A DNA stretch of 64,000 nt, taken from the IMG/VR virus record IMGVR_UViG_3300005281_000001, positions 30,045 to 94,044 of that record; one strand, 5' to 3'. The translations under genes were made by a program, and so were the position numbers. Shown in pieces: positions 1-10,748 of this stretch (positions within the stretch are counted from its first letter, which is position 1; each line of letters starts with the position of its first letter). Origin of the DNA: a virus. Lineage: Duplodnaviria > Caudoviricetes. The notes below the pieces were generated by a model, which did not search any database, was not told the DNA's origin, and worked only from the letters and a program-made list of their open reading frames with translations.

Positions 1-1263
1 ATGAATGTTTTCACGGCCGAGACGATCGTCAAAGGAACGCCGGCCGTCGTGCTCGACAACATCATGCGGTACATCCTTCCGAAGCTCAACTCTGTTGAGT
101 GGACAATCTGGGACGAGTCGAAAAAGGAGCCGGTTCCGAAGAAGGTCGACGTGACAAACATCTTGCGGTACAACTTTGGTAAGGTCGACATCTTCCTGCC
201 GATGATCTTCACAGCCGACCAATACGAGGGCTCCATTTGGAACCTGATGGAACGTGCGTCCATCAAACCCTTTACGGAGCTGTTCGTTGACGTTCGAAGC
301 GCTGACGAGGCGTGGAACAAAGGCGACAGGCCCCGGGTGGTCAACGAGACGATTGAGGAAGGCTCCGACGACAGCAAGGCGAAGTATCCGAAGGGCGACG
401 GCTACTATCCGAGTCCGCGCGTCGGGTTCGGGCAGGACAACAGCGCTGTCATGGTGGTCCTTCGGAACACGCCTTTCGACAAGGGCATGTGGGAAAAGCT
501 TTACACGCATGATCTTCTGGCCGAGGATGTCATCGAGGAAGAACTGTCCATCTCAGACAACGAGCACTATAACTTGTTCTGGGCCGGCACGGTCATTAAC
601 CCGCTGGGATTCGACCTGAAGCGTGTTGTCCCGCCGATGTTCAACGAGGAAGACGCGAAGCGATACGGCCTATCCCCGCTTGAAGTCTCTATCGAAGGCC
701 TGTCTATCGAGCAGGATAACCCGGAGGCGCCGACGCTTCTTGAAGGCCTGTCGAAATCGTGGACGGCTAAGCTGAAGGCATGGTTCGAGAAGAACCACAC
801 TTACATGTCCGGCACGATGCGCGTCCGCGGCAAAGGCGACTATCGGATCGGTCACCGGCTGGTTCGGAAGGGAATCGAGCGAGAGTTCTACATTGAGGGT
901 GTGACGCAGTCCTTCCACGTCTTCGAAAGCTGGGAAACGACGCTCGAGCTGACGCGCGGCATGCCGCTCGGCGCTGCGCCAGACCATCTGGAGTATCTGG
1001 ATTCGTCGCGGGACACGCAGGCGCCGCAGCGTCCGACATCTCAGAAGACGGACGATGACATCAAGCTGGAGTACTACACGGTCAAGAACGGCGACAGCCT
1101 GTGGACGATCGCCGCGAAGCCCGAAGTGTACGGGGATTCCTCGAAGTGGACGCGGCTATGGGACGAGAACAAGGAAATGCTCATCGAGCGCGATTCTCGC
1201 AATATCGCCAATCCCGGCCGTTACATCTATCCCGGACAAGTCCTGCGCATCCCGCGCGGTTAG
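1..1263 (+). CDS. Baseplate hub/tail-associated protein with C-terminal LysM domain (probably 5'-truncated by the window)
   Basis: Hub-like segment SGTMRVRGKGDYRIGHRL...FYIEGVTQSF...TTLELTRG; LysM YTVKNGDSLWTIA...NPGRYIYPGQVLRIP; first gene of the baseplate cluster. Confidence 0.75.
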   Translation: MNVFTAETIVKGTPAVVLDNIMRYILPKLNSVEWTIWDESKKEPVPKKVDVTNILRYNFGKVDIFLPMIFTADQYEGSIWNLMERASIKPFTELFVDVRSADEAWNKGDRPRVVNETIEEGSDDSKAKYPKGDGYYPSPRVGFGQDNSAVMVVLRNTPFDKGMWEKLYTHDLLAEDVIEEELSISDNEHYNLFWAGTVINPLGFDLKRVVPPMFNEEDAKRYGLSPLEVSIEGLSIEQDNPEAPTLLEGLSKSWTAKLKAWFEKNHTYMSGTMRVRGKGDYRIGHRLVRKGIEREFYIEGVTQSFHVFESWETTLELTRGMPLGAAPDHLEYLDSSRDTQAPQRPTSQKTDDDIKLEYYTVKNGDSLWTIAAKPEVYGDSSKWTRLWDENKEMLIERDSRNIANPGRYIYPGQVLRIPRG

Positions 1264-1277
1264 GAGGTTCGGAAGTG

Positions 1278-1946
1278 ATGATGCAGATGCAAAGCTCGCT
1301 TGGCGGGCGGGTTATCAACCGCCTTCCGAGCTTCAACAATACGCGGATCGGAAAAGTGACCAGCGTCAAGGACTATCACGAGTTCGGCCGGATCGAGGTT
1401 ATCTTCCTCGACTACAGTGTGCCGATGCCGGTATGGGTAGTCGGAAACGTCGACCGGGAGCCGGTCACCGGCGATACGGTGCTGGTCGGCTACATGGACG
1501 GCCGAAAAGATGCTCCGTATTTGGTCGGGTTCGTCAAGAACGAAAGCTACACGACCAACTTTACGATCGTCAGCAAAGACCGCATACGACTCCAGCTTCC
1601 GATCTTCGGCATCGGAGAGGAAGACAGTCCGGCCACGCGAGACGTGCGCGGCCACCTGCTGGATGACAGCATGGAGGACAAACGGGCGTACATCGACGTA
1701 ACGCCGGATCATGTGATGGTAAGCTTCCCGACTTCAGAAGATGGATCGGACCCGCCGGCCACTATCAAGGTCACAAAAGATGGCGTGGAGATCGACCATC
1801 CGAAGACCATCAAACATCACGGAGGCAGCAAGGGTGTTGCCCGGTTGGGGGACACCGTCGAAGTGACGATCAACGTGCCGACCATTGGAACTGTAACCGG
1901 AACGGGCACAATTACGTCCGCATCGGATAAAACGCTGATTGACTGA
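1278..1946 (+). CDS. Baseplate spike (gpV/gp5-OB-like) protein
   Basis: GGAGG RBS before ATG 1278; N-terminal OB-like IGKVTSV...GRIEV...PVTGDTVLVGYMDG...PYLVG; C-terminal VARLGDTV...GTITSAS. Confidence 0.7.
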   Translation: MMQMQSSLGGRVINRLPSFNNTRIGKVTSVKDYHEFGRIEVIFLDYSVPMPVWVVGNVDREPVTGDTVLVGYMDGRKDAPYLVGFVKNESYTTNFTIVSKDRIRLQLPIFGIGEEDSPATRDVRGHLLDDSMEDKRAYIDVTPDHVMVSFPTSEDGSDPPATIKVTKDGVEIDHPKTIKHHGGSKGVARLGDTVEVTINVPTIGTVTGTGTITSASDKTLID

Positions 1947-1960
1947 AAGGGGGTATCGGT

Positions 1961-2566
1961 ATGGCACTCGTCAGCCGCTCGACGCTGGAGCTTAAACGTG
2001 TGTACCGGCACACATTCGACCTGAAGAAGCAGGGGCAGGGTACGATCGCCATGCATACGCTCGTCGTTAACCCGGAGGATTTCACCCAGACGGAGCCGGC
2101 GCGTGTCAACGTCACGGAAACCCTCGGCGGGGCTTACGTGACGGACTTCGGAAAGGGGCTTCCTGTCGTCACCATTACCGGGACAACCGGCTACAGGCAG
2201 CGCACGACAGCCGAAGGAAAGCTGATGGATGGATTCGAAGCGTTCATCGACTTCCGAAACAAGATTTACCGCGGGCTTATCGAAAGCAGCGACCCGTCGC
2301 TGGCGCTTTACTGGTACAACTGGGAGGACAACGAGTTCTATGAGATTCAGCCGACCGAATTCCGGCTTCAGCGCAACAGGGAGCAGCCGCTGCTTTACCG
2401 GTATGAGCTGAAGTTCACGTGCATTAATCGACTGAACAGCGCGAAATCCGAAAAGCCGGATTATCTGGACACGACAGATACGATGGTGTCGCTGGGTAGA
2501 GCGATTGGGCTTGCGATATCGAACGTCAGCGAAATCTTGACCACCCTGACCGGAAGGAGCGAGTGA
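1961..2566 (+). CDS. Putative baseplate/tail-tube initiator protein
   Basis: Located in the baseplate cluster; VNPEDF...TLGGAYVTDFG...ITITGTTG pattern typical of myovirus tube-initiator-like proteins. Confidence 0.55.
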   Translation: MALVSRSTLELKRVYRHTFDLKKQGQGTIAMHTLVVNPEDFTQTEPARVNVTETLGGAYVTDFGKGLPVVTITGTTGYRQRTTAEGKLMDGFEAFIDFRNKIYRGLIESSDPSLALYWYNWEDNEFYEIQPTEFRLQRNREQPLLYRYELKFTCINRLNSAKSEKPDYLDTTDTMVSLGRAIGLAISNVSEILTTLTGRSE

Positions 2567-2943
2567 CGATGCCGCTCGATACCTTTTATCTTCCGAAGGA
2601 ATCCATAAGCTACATCAACTATCCGGTCCTTCGGGAGCAGCAGGCCAACATTGAAGCTATTTTGATGTACGCATTGAGGGTGCATAGCGCGCTGTCTGAC
2701 TACAACGAGAACACAGCCAACCGGATAGACCTTAATGCTGACGAGCTGCGCGAATACATCGACCTTTGCCGAAAGACTTGCGCGGCAATGGGAACTGCGG
2801 AACGCGTTCCATTCGATGTCCTGATCGAAATCCGCAACATCATGGCGGACCTGATGAAGCTCCACTACAAATACTCGGTCTTCGGAAGTTCGATGTTCGG
2901 AACGCCGACGAATCTGACCACTTCGGAAGGGAGTGGCGTATAA
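2563..2943 (+). CDS. Hypothetical protein
   Basis: AGGAG RBS; overlaps its neighbours in an operon-like arrangement. Confidence 0.55.
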   Translation: MTMPLDTFYLPKESISYINYPVLREQQANIEAILMYALRVHSALSDYNENTANRIDLNADELREYIDLCRKTCAAMGTAERVPFDVLIEIRNIMADLMKLHYKYSVFGSSMFGTPTNLTTSEGSGV

Positions 2944-3878
2944 TGCCAATAGAGCATGTCTTGACCGACATCGACAATGTACACAATCTGGCCGCACGAT
3001 ACAACGTGCCGTGGGAGGACATCGTATCCTACAACGGGCTGGAGTATCCGTACACGCTGACCTCGATCGAAGCTTATCGGAAGCTTTACGCCAGCGGGTA
3101 CCTGAAGATCACCCGGGCGCTGGCAACGACGGAAGTGACGATCTACGCCGGGTCGACCTTCATGACCGAAACCGACTCGCAGGGGATTCAGAAGGTTTAC
3201 GAGATGGTCGAGGACCTGTACATGCCGGCCGGAACCTATACCGGGTATGCATTTGTGCGCTGCACGCTGTATGGGACCTTCGGAAACACCATTCAAAATA
3301 CGATCATCCTGCGTGGGAACGTTCGGTCGAGTCTGGGTCCGTTCCTCAGCGAACTTACGGTCACGAATGAGCAGCCGTTTACTAACGGGACGGACGCGAA
3401 AGTCCGCATCACTGGCCAGACGCTGCTGATCCCGACGCCGGACGACGTAATCGACGGCGCCCATGCCCAGTACAACGCAGACAACTACCTGAACCAACTA
3501 GGCGGTGAAGACTTGGCCGTCGACGTTGACGGAGAAATCCGGGACGACGGCCTCGGCGACCTCGGATCGGTTATCGGCGTCGATAATATCGCGCAGGCCA
3601 TCCGCAACCGGCTCATGTGCCGGAGAGGCGGTCTTCCGAAGCACCCGGAGTACGGAAGCGACCTTCACACGCTGATAGGCAAGGCGCAGCTTCCGTACAT
3701 CAACAGTCTGGTCTCCGTTTATATCAACGAGGCCTTGCTTTCTGACGACCGGATCGCGTCCGTGTCCGTCGACCGAGTGCGTATCAGCGGAACCGTTATT
3801 TACGTTGACCTGACCGTTAAAATCGTCGATTCGGATCAGGCGCTGACCTTGCAGGATATGGTCCTGAGCTTCGAATAA
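2943..3878 (+). CDS. Baseplate wedge protein, N-terminal LysM-like and C-terminal gpW/gp25-like domain
   Basis: ATG 2943 overlaps the previous stop; NIAQAIRNRLMCRRGGLPKHPEYGSDLHTLIG...EALLSDDRI is a gpW/gp25 signature. Confidence 0.75.
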   Translation: MPIEHVLTDIDNVHNLAARYNVPWEDIVSYNGLEYPYTLTSIEAYRKLYASGYLKITRALATTEVTIYAGSTFMTETDSQGIQKVYEMVEDLYMPAGTYTGYAFVRCTLYGTFGNTIQNTIILRGNVRSSLGPFLSELTVTNEQPFTNGTDAKVRITGQTLLIPTPDDVIDGAHAQYNADNYLNQLGGEDLAVDVDGEIRDDGLGDLGSVIGVDNIAQAIRNRLMCRRGGLPKHPEYGSDLHTLIGKAQLPYINSLVSVYINEALLSDDRIASVSVDRVRISGTVIYVDLTVKIVDSDQALTLQDMVLSFE

Positions 3879-3893
3879 AGGGGGAACCGCATC

Positions 3894-5045
3894 ATGGCAT
3901 TTGAGCGAAAGTCCATGGAAGTCATTGTGCAGCGCATGGTCGACTGGACGCGTGGCGCATCGACAAAGTTCACAGACTTCCGTGTCGGATCGCGCATCCG
4001 CACGATGTATGAAGCCGTTGGACTCGTCGTGGAGGAATATTATGACCGCGTCCACCGCGCCATGAAGACGATGATCGAGCAGAACGTCTACGCGGCAATG
4101 GGCTTCGAGAAGCAGCCGGCGGTGTACGCAACAGGCGCGGTCACCTTCAGCCGGACGACGCCGGCCGACACAAACTACCTGATCCCGGCCGGCACCATCG
4201 TCCGCACGAGAGCGACGGCCACGTCGGCCCCGGTCAACTTCCGAACCACGGTTGATGCCGTCATTGCAGTCGGCCAGACTTCGGTTACGGTTCCGGTTAT
4301 CTGCCAGACGCCCGGGACCGTCGGCAACGTAGACGCCGGCACCATTACCAATTTCCTGACGAAGCCGACCGGTGTGGACGCGGTTACGAACGCGAACCCG
4401 CTGAGCAACGGTCGCGAGGAAGAAACGCCGGACGAGCAGAAGTCGCGGTTTCAGAAGTTTATCAGCTCGCTGTCCCGCGGAACGCTACCGGCTATCGAGT
4501 ACGGCGCGACGACCGCCGTCATTACGGATGAAAACGGGGACGTGATTGAGCGCGTGGTCGACGCCCGAGCGTTCGAGTTCATCCCTGAGCGGTTAGGCGA
4601 GGTCGACGTGTATATCTGGAATGGTGTGGGGCAGGCTTCACAGGACCTGATCGACGAAGTGCAGAAAATTCTGCACGGCTACTACGACAGCAACGGCAAG
4701 CCGGTCTACGGCTACAAGCCGGCCGGCATCATGGTAACGGTGTACTCGGCATCCGCAGCCGACGTATATATCAGAATCAACATTAAGCCGGAAGACGGCG
4801 TCGAGCTGGAAGAACTGAAGCCGTACATCGAGCGTGAGATCGCGGACTTCTTCTCCGCCCTGAAACAGGGCGATACACTGATTCAGACCGCGCTGGAGAC
4901 TCGTGTGAAGCTCATTGACGGCATCTACGACGTGAAGATCGAGCTCTCCACGGACGGTGAGACTTACTCTTACGACAACATCACGGCCGGTACGACGGAG
5001 ATTCTGGTGCCGCACGCGCCGTACACTTACGAGCTGATATCGTAA
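3894..5045 (+). CDS. Baseplate J-like protein
   Basis: TDFRVGSRIRTMYEA, ATGAVTFSR, GTVGNVDAGTI, GREEETPDEQKSRF motifs. Confidence 0.9.
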   Translation: MAFERKSMEVIVQRMVDWTRGASTKFTDFRVGSRIRTMYEAVGLVVEEYYDRVHRAMKTMIEQNVYAAMGFEKQPAVYATGAVTFSRTTPADTNYLIPAGTIVRTRATATSAPVNFRTTVDAVIAVGQTSVTVPVICQTPGTVGNVDAGTITNFLTKPTGVDAVTNANPLSNGREEETPDEQKSRFQKFISSLSRGTLPAIEYGATTAVITDENGDVIERVVDARAFEFIPERLGEVDVYIWNGVGQASQDLIDEVQKILHGYYDSNGKPVYGYKPAGIMVTVYSASAADVYIRINIKPEDGVELEELKPYIEREIADFFSALKQGDTLIQTALETRVKLIDGIYDVKIELSTDGETYSYDNITAGTTEILVPHAPYTYELIS

Positions 5046-5060
5046 AAGGAGGGGTGATTC

Positions 5061-6986
5061 ATGCGTATCCTTCAGAAGCTTCTCGACAATCTGGGCGATC
5101 TGTGGAACACCCTTCCGAAGGAAATCCCGCTGTTCACGATCGAAAAGGGTTCCGGGGCGCACTCCATGGTAACGGTCGACGGCGGCATGATGTATCTGCA
5201 TAGCTCGCCTTTCCACCCGGGAATTCCACAGCGGCAGGAAGTGTGCCTCGACAAGATGACGGCGGAAGAATTCGTCGACACGCTTCAGGGCATGGGGTAC
5301 GTTGTGCAGTACACTTCCGAAGCCCTTGAACATGGACTTAACGTGCACAAGCCGTTTATCCTAATCGAGATCGAGAACGCCCCGCTGACGGCCACGCTGA
5401 CGTCGTACACGTCGAATCTGTGGCAGATCATGTACCCAATTTACCGGGTGCTCCGGGACGTGGAGTTCGACACTTCCGAAGCCCTCAAGGCGCTCTATCG
5501 GTCGCTGGCCGACGGCGAATGGCTCGATTTCTGGGCAGATTTCTTCGCCATCAAGCGTGAGCCGGGCGAGTCCGACAACGATTTCAGCCGCCGGTTTACG
5601 ATGTGGCTGTTCAATCCGAAGACCAATAACGTCGCGTTGGAGGAATTGCTGGCGTACCGGCTTCAGGACACGAACATCGAGATTCGTGACCGCGGCCCGC
5701 TCCAGTTCGAGCTCATCGTCGGGACGAAGTACATAAACGACGCCAGCGACCTTCACCGCATCCTTCGCGAGACCAAAGGCGCCGGCATTGAGTACTTCCT
5801 ACGCTACCAGTCGGAAATACTGGAAGAATTCTACCCGGTTTACTGGTCGGACGCACACGGTATGCCGTTTACTCACATGGACGGCGGCCAGCCGAGTATG
5901 CTCACGCTGTTCAAGCCGTTTGCTGAGGATAAGTACGAAGTGGATTCCGAAGAAGGCATGCCGGCCATCACGACGGGCGCTGAAGATGCGTTTCCGACTC
6001 CGGTTGATGAGTTCCTGCCATATCAGATGGCACGCATCATGGAAGAACACGTAAGCAAGGCGCTCGAAAGCGTTCTGTCTGAGCTGGCAGCAACATATGA
6101 AGAAACGGCCTCGTCTGGGGTGCCTGCGGTGTTCGACGACTTTTCGCAGTATGATAATCACAATCGCATCGAAAATACAACTTCCGGGACACCATGGGAT
6201 ATAGCATCTGCTGGCGTCGTCTTCACCGGTAATGCATATGCTCCCGGCGGTACGTCGCTATTTCATTATGCAGAATTTTATACCAGTCCCGTCACTCCCT
6301 ACAGCTACGTTGGTTTCGACTGCGGGATGACGGACTATGTATTTGAGGTTTTGGTGGGTCCAGCGCCGGAGAGTACCTCCGGGACCAGCCGCATATCGGG
6401 TACGGTCATGTTCCGCTTCGTCGACTCCGACAACTACATGTACCTCGATTGGATCAACGGAAACATGACCTATCCTAACATGGAGGCAACGGGGATCGCA
6501 CTGTATAAGCGCGAAAACGGCGTAGACACACTACTCGCTACAGCCATGTTTGATACACCTGACCATTTAACGGTATCCGTTCCGCGCCCCTACAGAAAGC
6601 TGCGGGTAATCCAAAAAGGGGCACACATAGGCATCGACTACGGCAGTAAGCGACTGATCAACGTAACGGATGCGACGTTCTATGGAAGTACCAAACTCGG
6701 CTTATTCATTCGATATGGTCACGTAGGCGGAAAAGGCCCCGTACCTATCTACTATCGGCAAGTGCGGGTCGCTCCGACATATGACCTTAGCAGTATCGAC
6801 ATCGTGCATGCGGCTTCCGAAGCATACAAGTTGCCGCCGGAATCGAACCTGAACATATCGTTCGAAACGAACAGCAGCGAAACGCGGGGCGAGCATGAGT
6901 TGCTTGCACCGTCCAGCTTGCAGCAGGATGTGGCGGCGATTACGATTACCGTCGACGGGAACATCGTCGAAACCATCATCATCTGA
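5061..6986 (+). CDS. Baseplate wedge/tail protein (gpI-like core) with a C-terminal inserted beta-rich domain
   Basis: ADGEWLDFWADFFAIKREPGESDNDFSRR and KGAGI motifs; follows the baseplate J gene. Confidence 0.7.
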   Translation: MRILQKLLDNLGDLWNTLPKEIPLFTIEKGSGAHSMVTVDGGMMYLHSSPFHPGIPQRQEVCLDKMTAEEFVDTLQGMGYVVQYTSEALEHGLNVHKPFILIEIENAPLTATLTSYTSNLWQIMYPIYRVLRDVEFDTSEALKALYRSLADGEWLDFWADFFAIKREPGESDNDFSRRFTMWLFNPKTNNVALEELLAYRLQDTNIEIRDRGPLQFELIVGTKYINDASDLHRILRETKGAGIEYFLRYQSEILEEFYPVYWSDAHGMPFTHMDGGQPSMLTLFKPFAEDKYEVDSEEGMPAITTGAEDAFPTPVDEFLPYQMARIMEEHVSKALESVLSELAATYEETASSGVPAVFDDFSQYDNHNRIENTTSGTPWDIASAGVVFTGNAYAPGGTSLFHYAEFYTSPVTPYSYVGFDCGMTDYVFEVLVGPAPESTSGTSRISGTVMFRFVDSDNYMYLDWINGNMTYPNMEATGIALYKRENGVDTLLATAMFDTPDHLTVSVPRPYRKLRVIQKGAHIGIDYGSKRLINVTDATFYGSTKLGLFIRYGHVGGKGPVPIYYRQVRVAPTYDLSSIDIVHAASEAYKLPPESNLNISFETNSSETRGEHELLAPSSLQQDVAAITITVDGNIVETIII

Positions 6987-7093
6987 CTTCCGAAGGATAG
7001 CAGCTTTTTCATTGCATGCATCGATCGGAGGCGGTATGCTATCCCATAGAAGGCAAACTTCCGAACTACGGATTTTGAAAGGAGATATGCGCA

Positions 7094-7684
7094 ATGGCAT
7101 CTGCTCGTGCGTTTGCGGAGAAAGGGGCAAATAAGGCGAAAGGCTTCGTCAGCATCATCCAGCACAAGGAGCCGTTGGAATTCATCCCATACGGCGACGG
7201 AGACCCTACTCATGGGTACTTCCGAATCCCGGAATCGGTCATGTCCGAGCGCCACATGAAGAACATGATCGTTAATCAGGCGTCTGTCTTCATGGCAAAG
7301 CGTATGCGTCCCGGTACGTCATGGGGTTCCGGTATTGGCTATCTGGAGATCGGTACTGGCGTCGGAAGCGGTTCGACGCAGAGCCCGGAACCGGAAGACC
7401 CGGCACAAACCGGACTGCGTGAGCCGCTGGTTCGGAAGGCAATTACGTCGTGGACGTGTCTGGATGAAAACGGTGACCCGACGGCCGAGGATACGAACGT
7501 GCTTCAGTTCACCACGACATTTACCGAAGAAGAAGCCGTCGGCGCTCTGGTCGAAATGGGCCTGTTCGGCGGGGATGCGGATGAGAACATCGGCACCGGC
7601 ATGATGTTCAACTATAAAGTATTCCCGGTCATCAACAAGGACGAGTCCATGCAACTTACGATTGTCTGGAAAGTAACGTTCTAA
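7094..7684 (+). CDS. Tail fibre collar/baseplate-associated protein
   Basis: KNMIVN...IGYLEIGTG...EAVGALVEMGLFGG...FPVINKD...LTIVWKVTF pattern. Confidence 0.65.
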   Translation: MASARAFAEKGANKAKGFVSIIQHKEPLEFIPYGDGDPTHGYFRIPESVMSERHMKNMIVNQASVFMAKRMRPGTSWGSGIGYLEIGTGVGSGSTQSPEPEDPAQTGLREPLVRKAITSWTCLDENGDPTAEDTNVLQFTTTFTEEEAVGALVEMGLFGGDADENIGTGMMFNYKVFPVINKDESMQLTIVWKVTF

Positions 7685-7710
7685 ACCGACTTACGAAGGG
7701 AGGATAGATC

Positions 7711-9588
7711 ATGCCGACTTTTGACAGACAGGATAAGTTCTCCCCGGACAAGGCCTTCAGCCGCGTTGTCTGGGGAGAGCGGTCAAAAGTGCTCGAGACC
7801 GAGCTTTCGGAAATGCAGAAAATTCTCCAGCACCAAACCTTGGCGCTGGGTGAGGCAATTCTTTCGAATGGTTTCGTCGACGAGCTTCCGAACATCACAT
7901 ATGAAAACGACGAGCTCACAATCGATCCGTGCGCTTTCGTAATTGACGGGTTCGTGTACCGCGTACAGAGCCCGCTTGTCCTTTCGCAAGTGCAACCGGA
8001 GAGTACCGTGTATATCGAGGTTTCGGAAGCTGAGGTTTCGTATCAGGACACGATCCGAAAAGACGGCAACTACACGGACGGCGGCGAAGACCTGCCGGAT
8101 AACGGCATCCTTGACCCTGACTTTGGCGCCGAGACAACGCGCCGCGTGCAGTGGCAGATTCGCCTCGTAACCGACGATTCCGACGAGAGCAAGCGATACC
8201 TGCCTGTGTGTACGGTCCACGGAGAAAACGCCGGTGTATGGGAATACGAGGACCTACGACAGTTGTGTTCCTTGAAATCTACGTACGATGTGGCGCGGAA
8301 GGCGGATGTCGATGCGGTTGACAGCGCGGCCATGAAAAAGGTCGCAGACAGCGACCTTGACATGAACAATCGGTCCGTGACCAATATTCTGAAGCTCAAT
8401 CATAGGGATCAGACTACTCTCACTATCTCAAACGGTGCCATCACGGTAACGCAGGGCTACCACACAGTGGACACCGAAGGCGGAGCGCCTCAAGACGAGC
8501 TCACAACGATCAACGGGGGGTCTATCGGAGACCGCCTATTGCTTCGGCCAGCCAACACCAATCGCAAGGTCACAATCAAAGGTGATGGATCGGGAAACAT
8601 ATACACTTTCGACCGGACGGATATCGCGATGGAAAGCGTTTCGTCGGTTGTGGAGCTTATCAAAATCAATGTCACCGGTCATTGGTACGTGATCGGAGTA
8701 AATGGCGTCAAACGTGCAGGCGACGCCATGAGGGGTCCGCTCTCCATGGGAGGGTATCGGATTACTGATCTTGCCGCGCCGACAAATGCAAATGACGCGG
8801 CGCGAAAGGCGGAAGTGGATGCGATCACCACAGAAAAAATAAACACCACGACGTACAAAACTGCTTCCGAGCCCGGAAGTTCTTACCCCATCGGCATTAC
8901 CACATTCAGCGTCACAGACGGTATTGCCGATGGATGGCCTGTCGACGGTGGGGTTGTTCTGACCATTAGACTCTCTAATGTGCGTTGCCTGCAAATTATT
9001 TCCGGCTCTCACGCGTCGAATGCGACCAATGGGCGGCTGTTTAATCGCTCATGGCGTAGTGATATTGGATGGAGTGATTGGCGGCGCCAATGGGACGATC
9101 AAGAAATGGGCGCAGGAAGTGGCCTCGACGCGGACATGCTTGATGGTATTCAAGCAGAACGGTTTATCTACGGCGACAACGCGCGAGGGACCGTGCACTA
9201 TGCAGGTGATCTTAACAACATCACAAAAAGCGGGTTTTACTACGCATTTACAGGCCATTCCAACGGGCCGTCTGGTGCAAATGGATTTTTGATACATCAC
9301 CAGATGTCCACAGGCAACAACTTCGCAGCCCAAACGTTTATTGATTACAACAACGACAGTTTTTACTTCCGCAGAAAGATTGACGGAGCATGGCAAGGCT
9401 GGAAAAAAATATGGAATGAATCGAATGACGGTCCCGGAAGTGGTCTTGATGCCGACACTGTGGACGGTCTGCACGCGAGCAGTTTCTGGACCAAAAGCGA
9501 GCTCGGAAGCGATCGCACGCGAAAAATTACGATATCAACAAGCAACCCGTCGGGCGGCGCAAACGGGGATATCTGGTTTGTAGTCTAG
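7711..9588 (+). CDS. Tail fibre protein (DUF4815-like N-terminus, two knob-like modules)
   Basis: N-terminal DKFSPDKAFSRVVW...ELSEMQ; two W..W..W...G.GSGLDAD..DG junction motifs; DLNNITKSGFY knob; C-terminal PSGGANGDIW. Confidence 0.85.
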   Translation: MPTFDRQDKFSPDKAFSRVVWGERSKVLETELSEMQKILQHQTLALGEAILSNGFVDELPNITYENDELTIDPCAFVIDGFVYRVQSPLVLSQVQPESTVYIEVSEAEVSYQDTIRKDGNYTDGGEDLPDNGILDPDFGAETTRRVQWQIRLVTDDSDESKRYLPVCTVHGENAGVWEYEDLRQLCSLKSTYDVARKADVDAVDSAAMKKVADSDLDMNNRSVTNILKLNHRDQTTLTISNGAITVTQGYHTVDTEGGAPQDELTTINGGSIGDRLLLRPANTNRKVTIKGDGSGNIYTFDRTDIAMESVSSVVELIKINVTGHWYVIGVNGVKRAGDAMRGPLSMGGYRITDLAAPTNANDAARKAEVDAITTEKINTTTYKTASEPGSSYPIGITTFSVTDGIADGWPVDGGVVLTIRLSNVRCLQIISGSHASNATNGRLFNRSWRSDIGWSDWRRQWDDQEMGAGSGLDADMLDGIQAERFIYGDNARGTVHYAGDLNNITKSGFYYAFTGHSNGPSGANGFLIHHQMSTGNNFAAQTFIDYNNDSFYFRRKIDGAWQGWKKIWNESNDGPGSGLDADTVDGLHASSFWTKSELGSDRTRKITISTSNPSGGANGDIWFVV

Positions 9589-9601
9589 GGGGTGTGTAGT
9601 C

Positions 9602-10726
9602 ATGGCTATTCAAGTACGTGACGCGGGGAGTTGGAAAACTCCAACTCCCTATGTACGACAAGATGGTCGGTGGGTTATCCCTTATGAAATTTATGCAAGG
9701 GATGCTGGAAGTTGGAAACTCGCTTTTAGACGATCCGGAGTGCTGTGGAGACTGGCATCTACAAACATCCCGAGTGACTACGACTACGCACTCATAACCG
9801 CAGGAAACGGTGCTATTGTCATGTCTGCACAAAGCGCATTCCCTAACAAGGGTCTGGTAAGCACTTCAACCGATTTGGCTTCCTTGAGTTTTTCATCTAT
9901 AGATTTTGGAACTAGTTACCCTGTAGCGCGACTGCATTTCCATAACGGACGCTTTTTTGGTACCGCTGCAGGTAACGCATTTGTAACTTCAACAAATGGC
10001 ACAAGTTGGTCATCTGTAACTCTCCCGGTTACGGGGTCCGTATCAAGTATAGCTTACGGTAATTCTCGGTATGTAGCTGTACTTAGCAGCTCAAATGTGG
10101 TCATATCGTCCACGAACGGTACTTCATGGTCTCAGGTCGGCACACTACCGTGGGATAGTGCGACCGTTTCGAATCCTAAGATAGCATACGGCAATGGAGT
10201 TTTTGTTGTCGTTATAAGTTCTTCGGGTACTGGACCGATTCCTGCATCTAAAATCGCGTACTCTACGAACAACGGAGCGACGTGGACTGTTGTTCCGGTA
10301 TCGGACGACTATAACTCCAACCCTGCATATAGGTATCACTATAAAGTAGAGTTCGGCAACGGTGTATTTGTGGTCGCATCGCGAATAAACGTAGGCACTA
10401 ATGTAGGAACCGGATTAGCCTATTCGCCAGATGGTATAACTTGGACGGGAGTTAGTGCCGCTAATACGCCTTTCGGGACGAACGTAGAATTTATTGACGT
10501 AGCTTTTGGAGACGGCGTGTTCGTAGCAACTCAAGCAACCCACAATTCTCCCAAATTTATAATATCAAATGACGGCGTAAAGTGGAGGGCTGCAGCGCTG
10601 AATTCTGGCGTTCCTGAAAATATTGTCGGATGGTCCGCATTGACCTATGATCAATCTCGCCGTGCATTTCTGTGCGCGTACTGGCAGTCGAGACCCACAA
10701 AGATCGTGTATTCGAAGTTTGAATAA
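9602..10726 (+). CDS. Receptor-binding/tail-tip protein with BNR-like beta-propeller repeats (low GC)
   Basis: Repeated S.NG.SW and IAYGNG.FV motifs; N-terminal VRDAGSWK fibre-attachment motif. Confidence 0.75.
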   Translation: MAIQVRDAGSWKTPTPYVRQDGRWVIPYEIYARDAGSWKLAFRRSGVLWRLASTNIPSDYDYALITAGNGAIVMSAQSAFPNKGLVSTSTDLASLSFSSIDFGTSYPVARLHFHNGRFFGTAAGNAFVTSTNGTSWSSVTLPVTGSVSSIAYGNSRYVAVLSSSNVVISSTNGTSWSQVGTLPWDSATVSNPKIAYGNGVFVVVISSSGTGPIPASKIAYSTNNGATWTVVPVSDDYNSNPAYRYHYKVEFGNGVFVVASRINVGTNVGTGLAYSPDGITWTGVSAANTPFGTNVEFIDVAFGDGVFVATQATHNSPKFIISNDGVKWRAAALNSGVPENIVGWSALTYDQSRRAFLCAYWQSRPTKIVYSKFE

Positions 10727-10748
10727 AACAACATAACGAGGTGCGTTA

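Noticed and set aside
7711-10726. Diversity-generating retroelement acting on the tail fibre
   Set aside because: No reverse transcriptase, and no repeat pair differing specifically at adenines. The fibre's internal similarity is at protein-motif level only.
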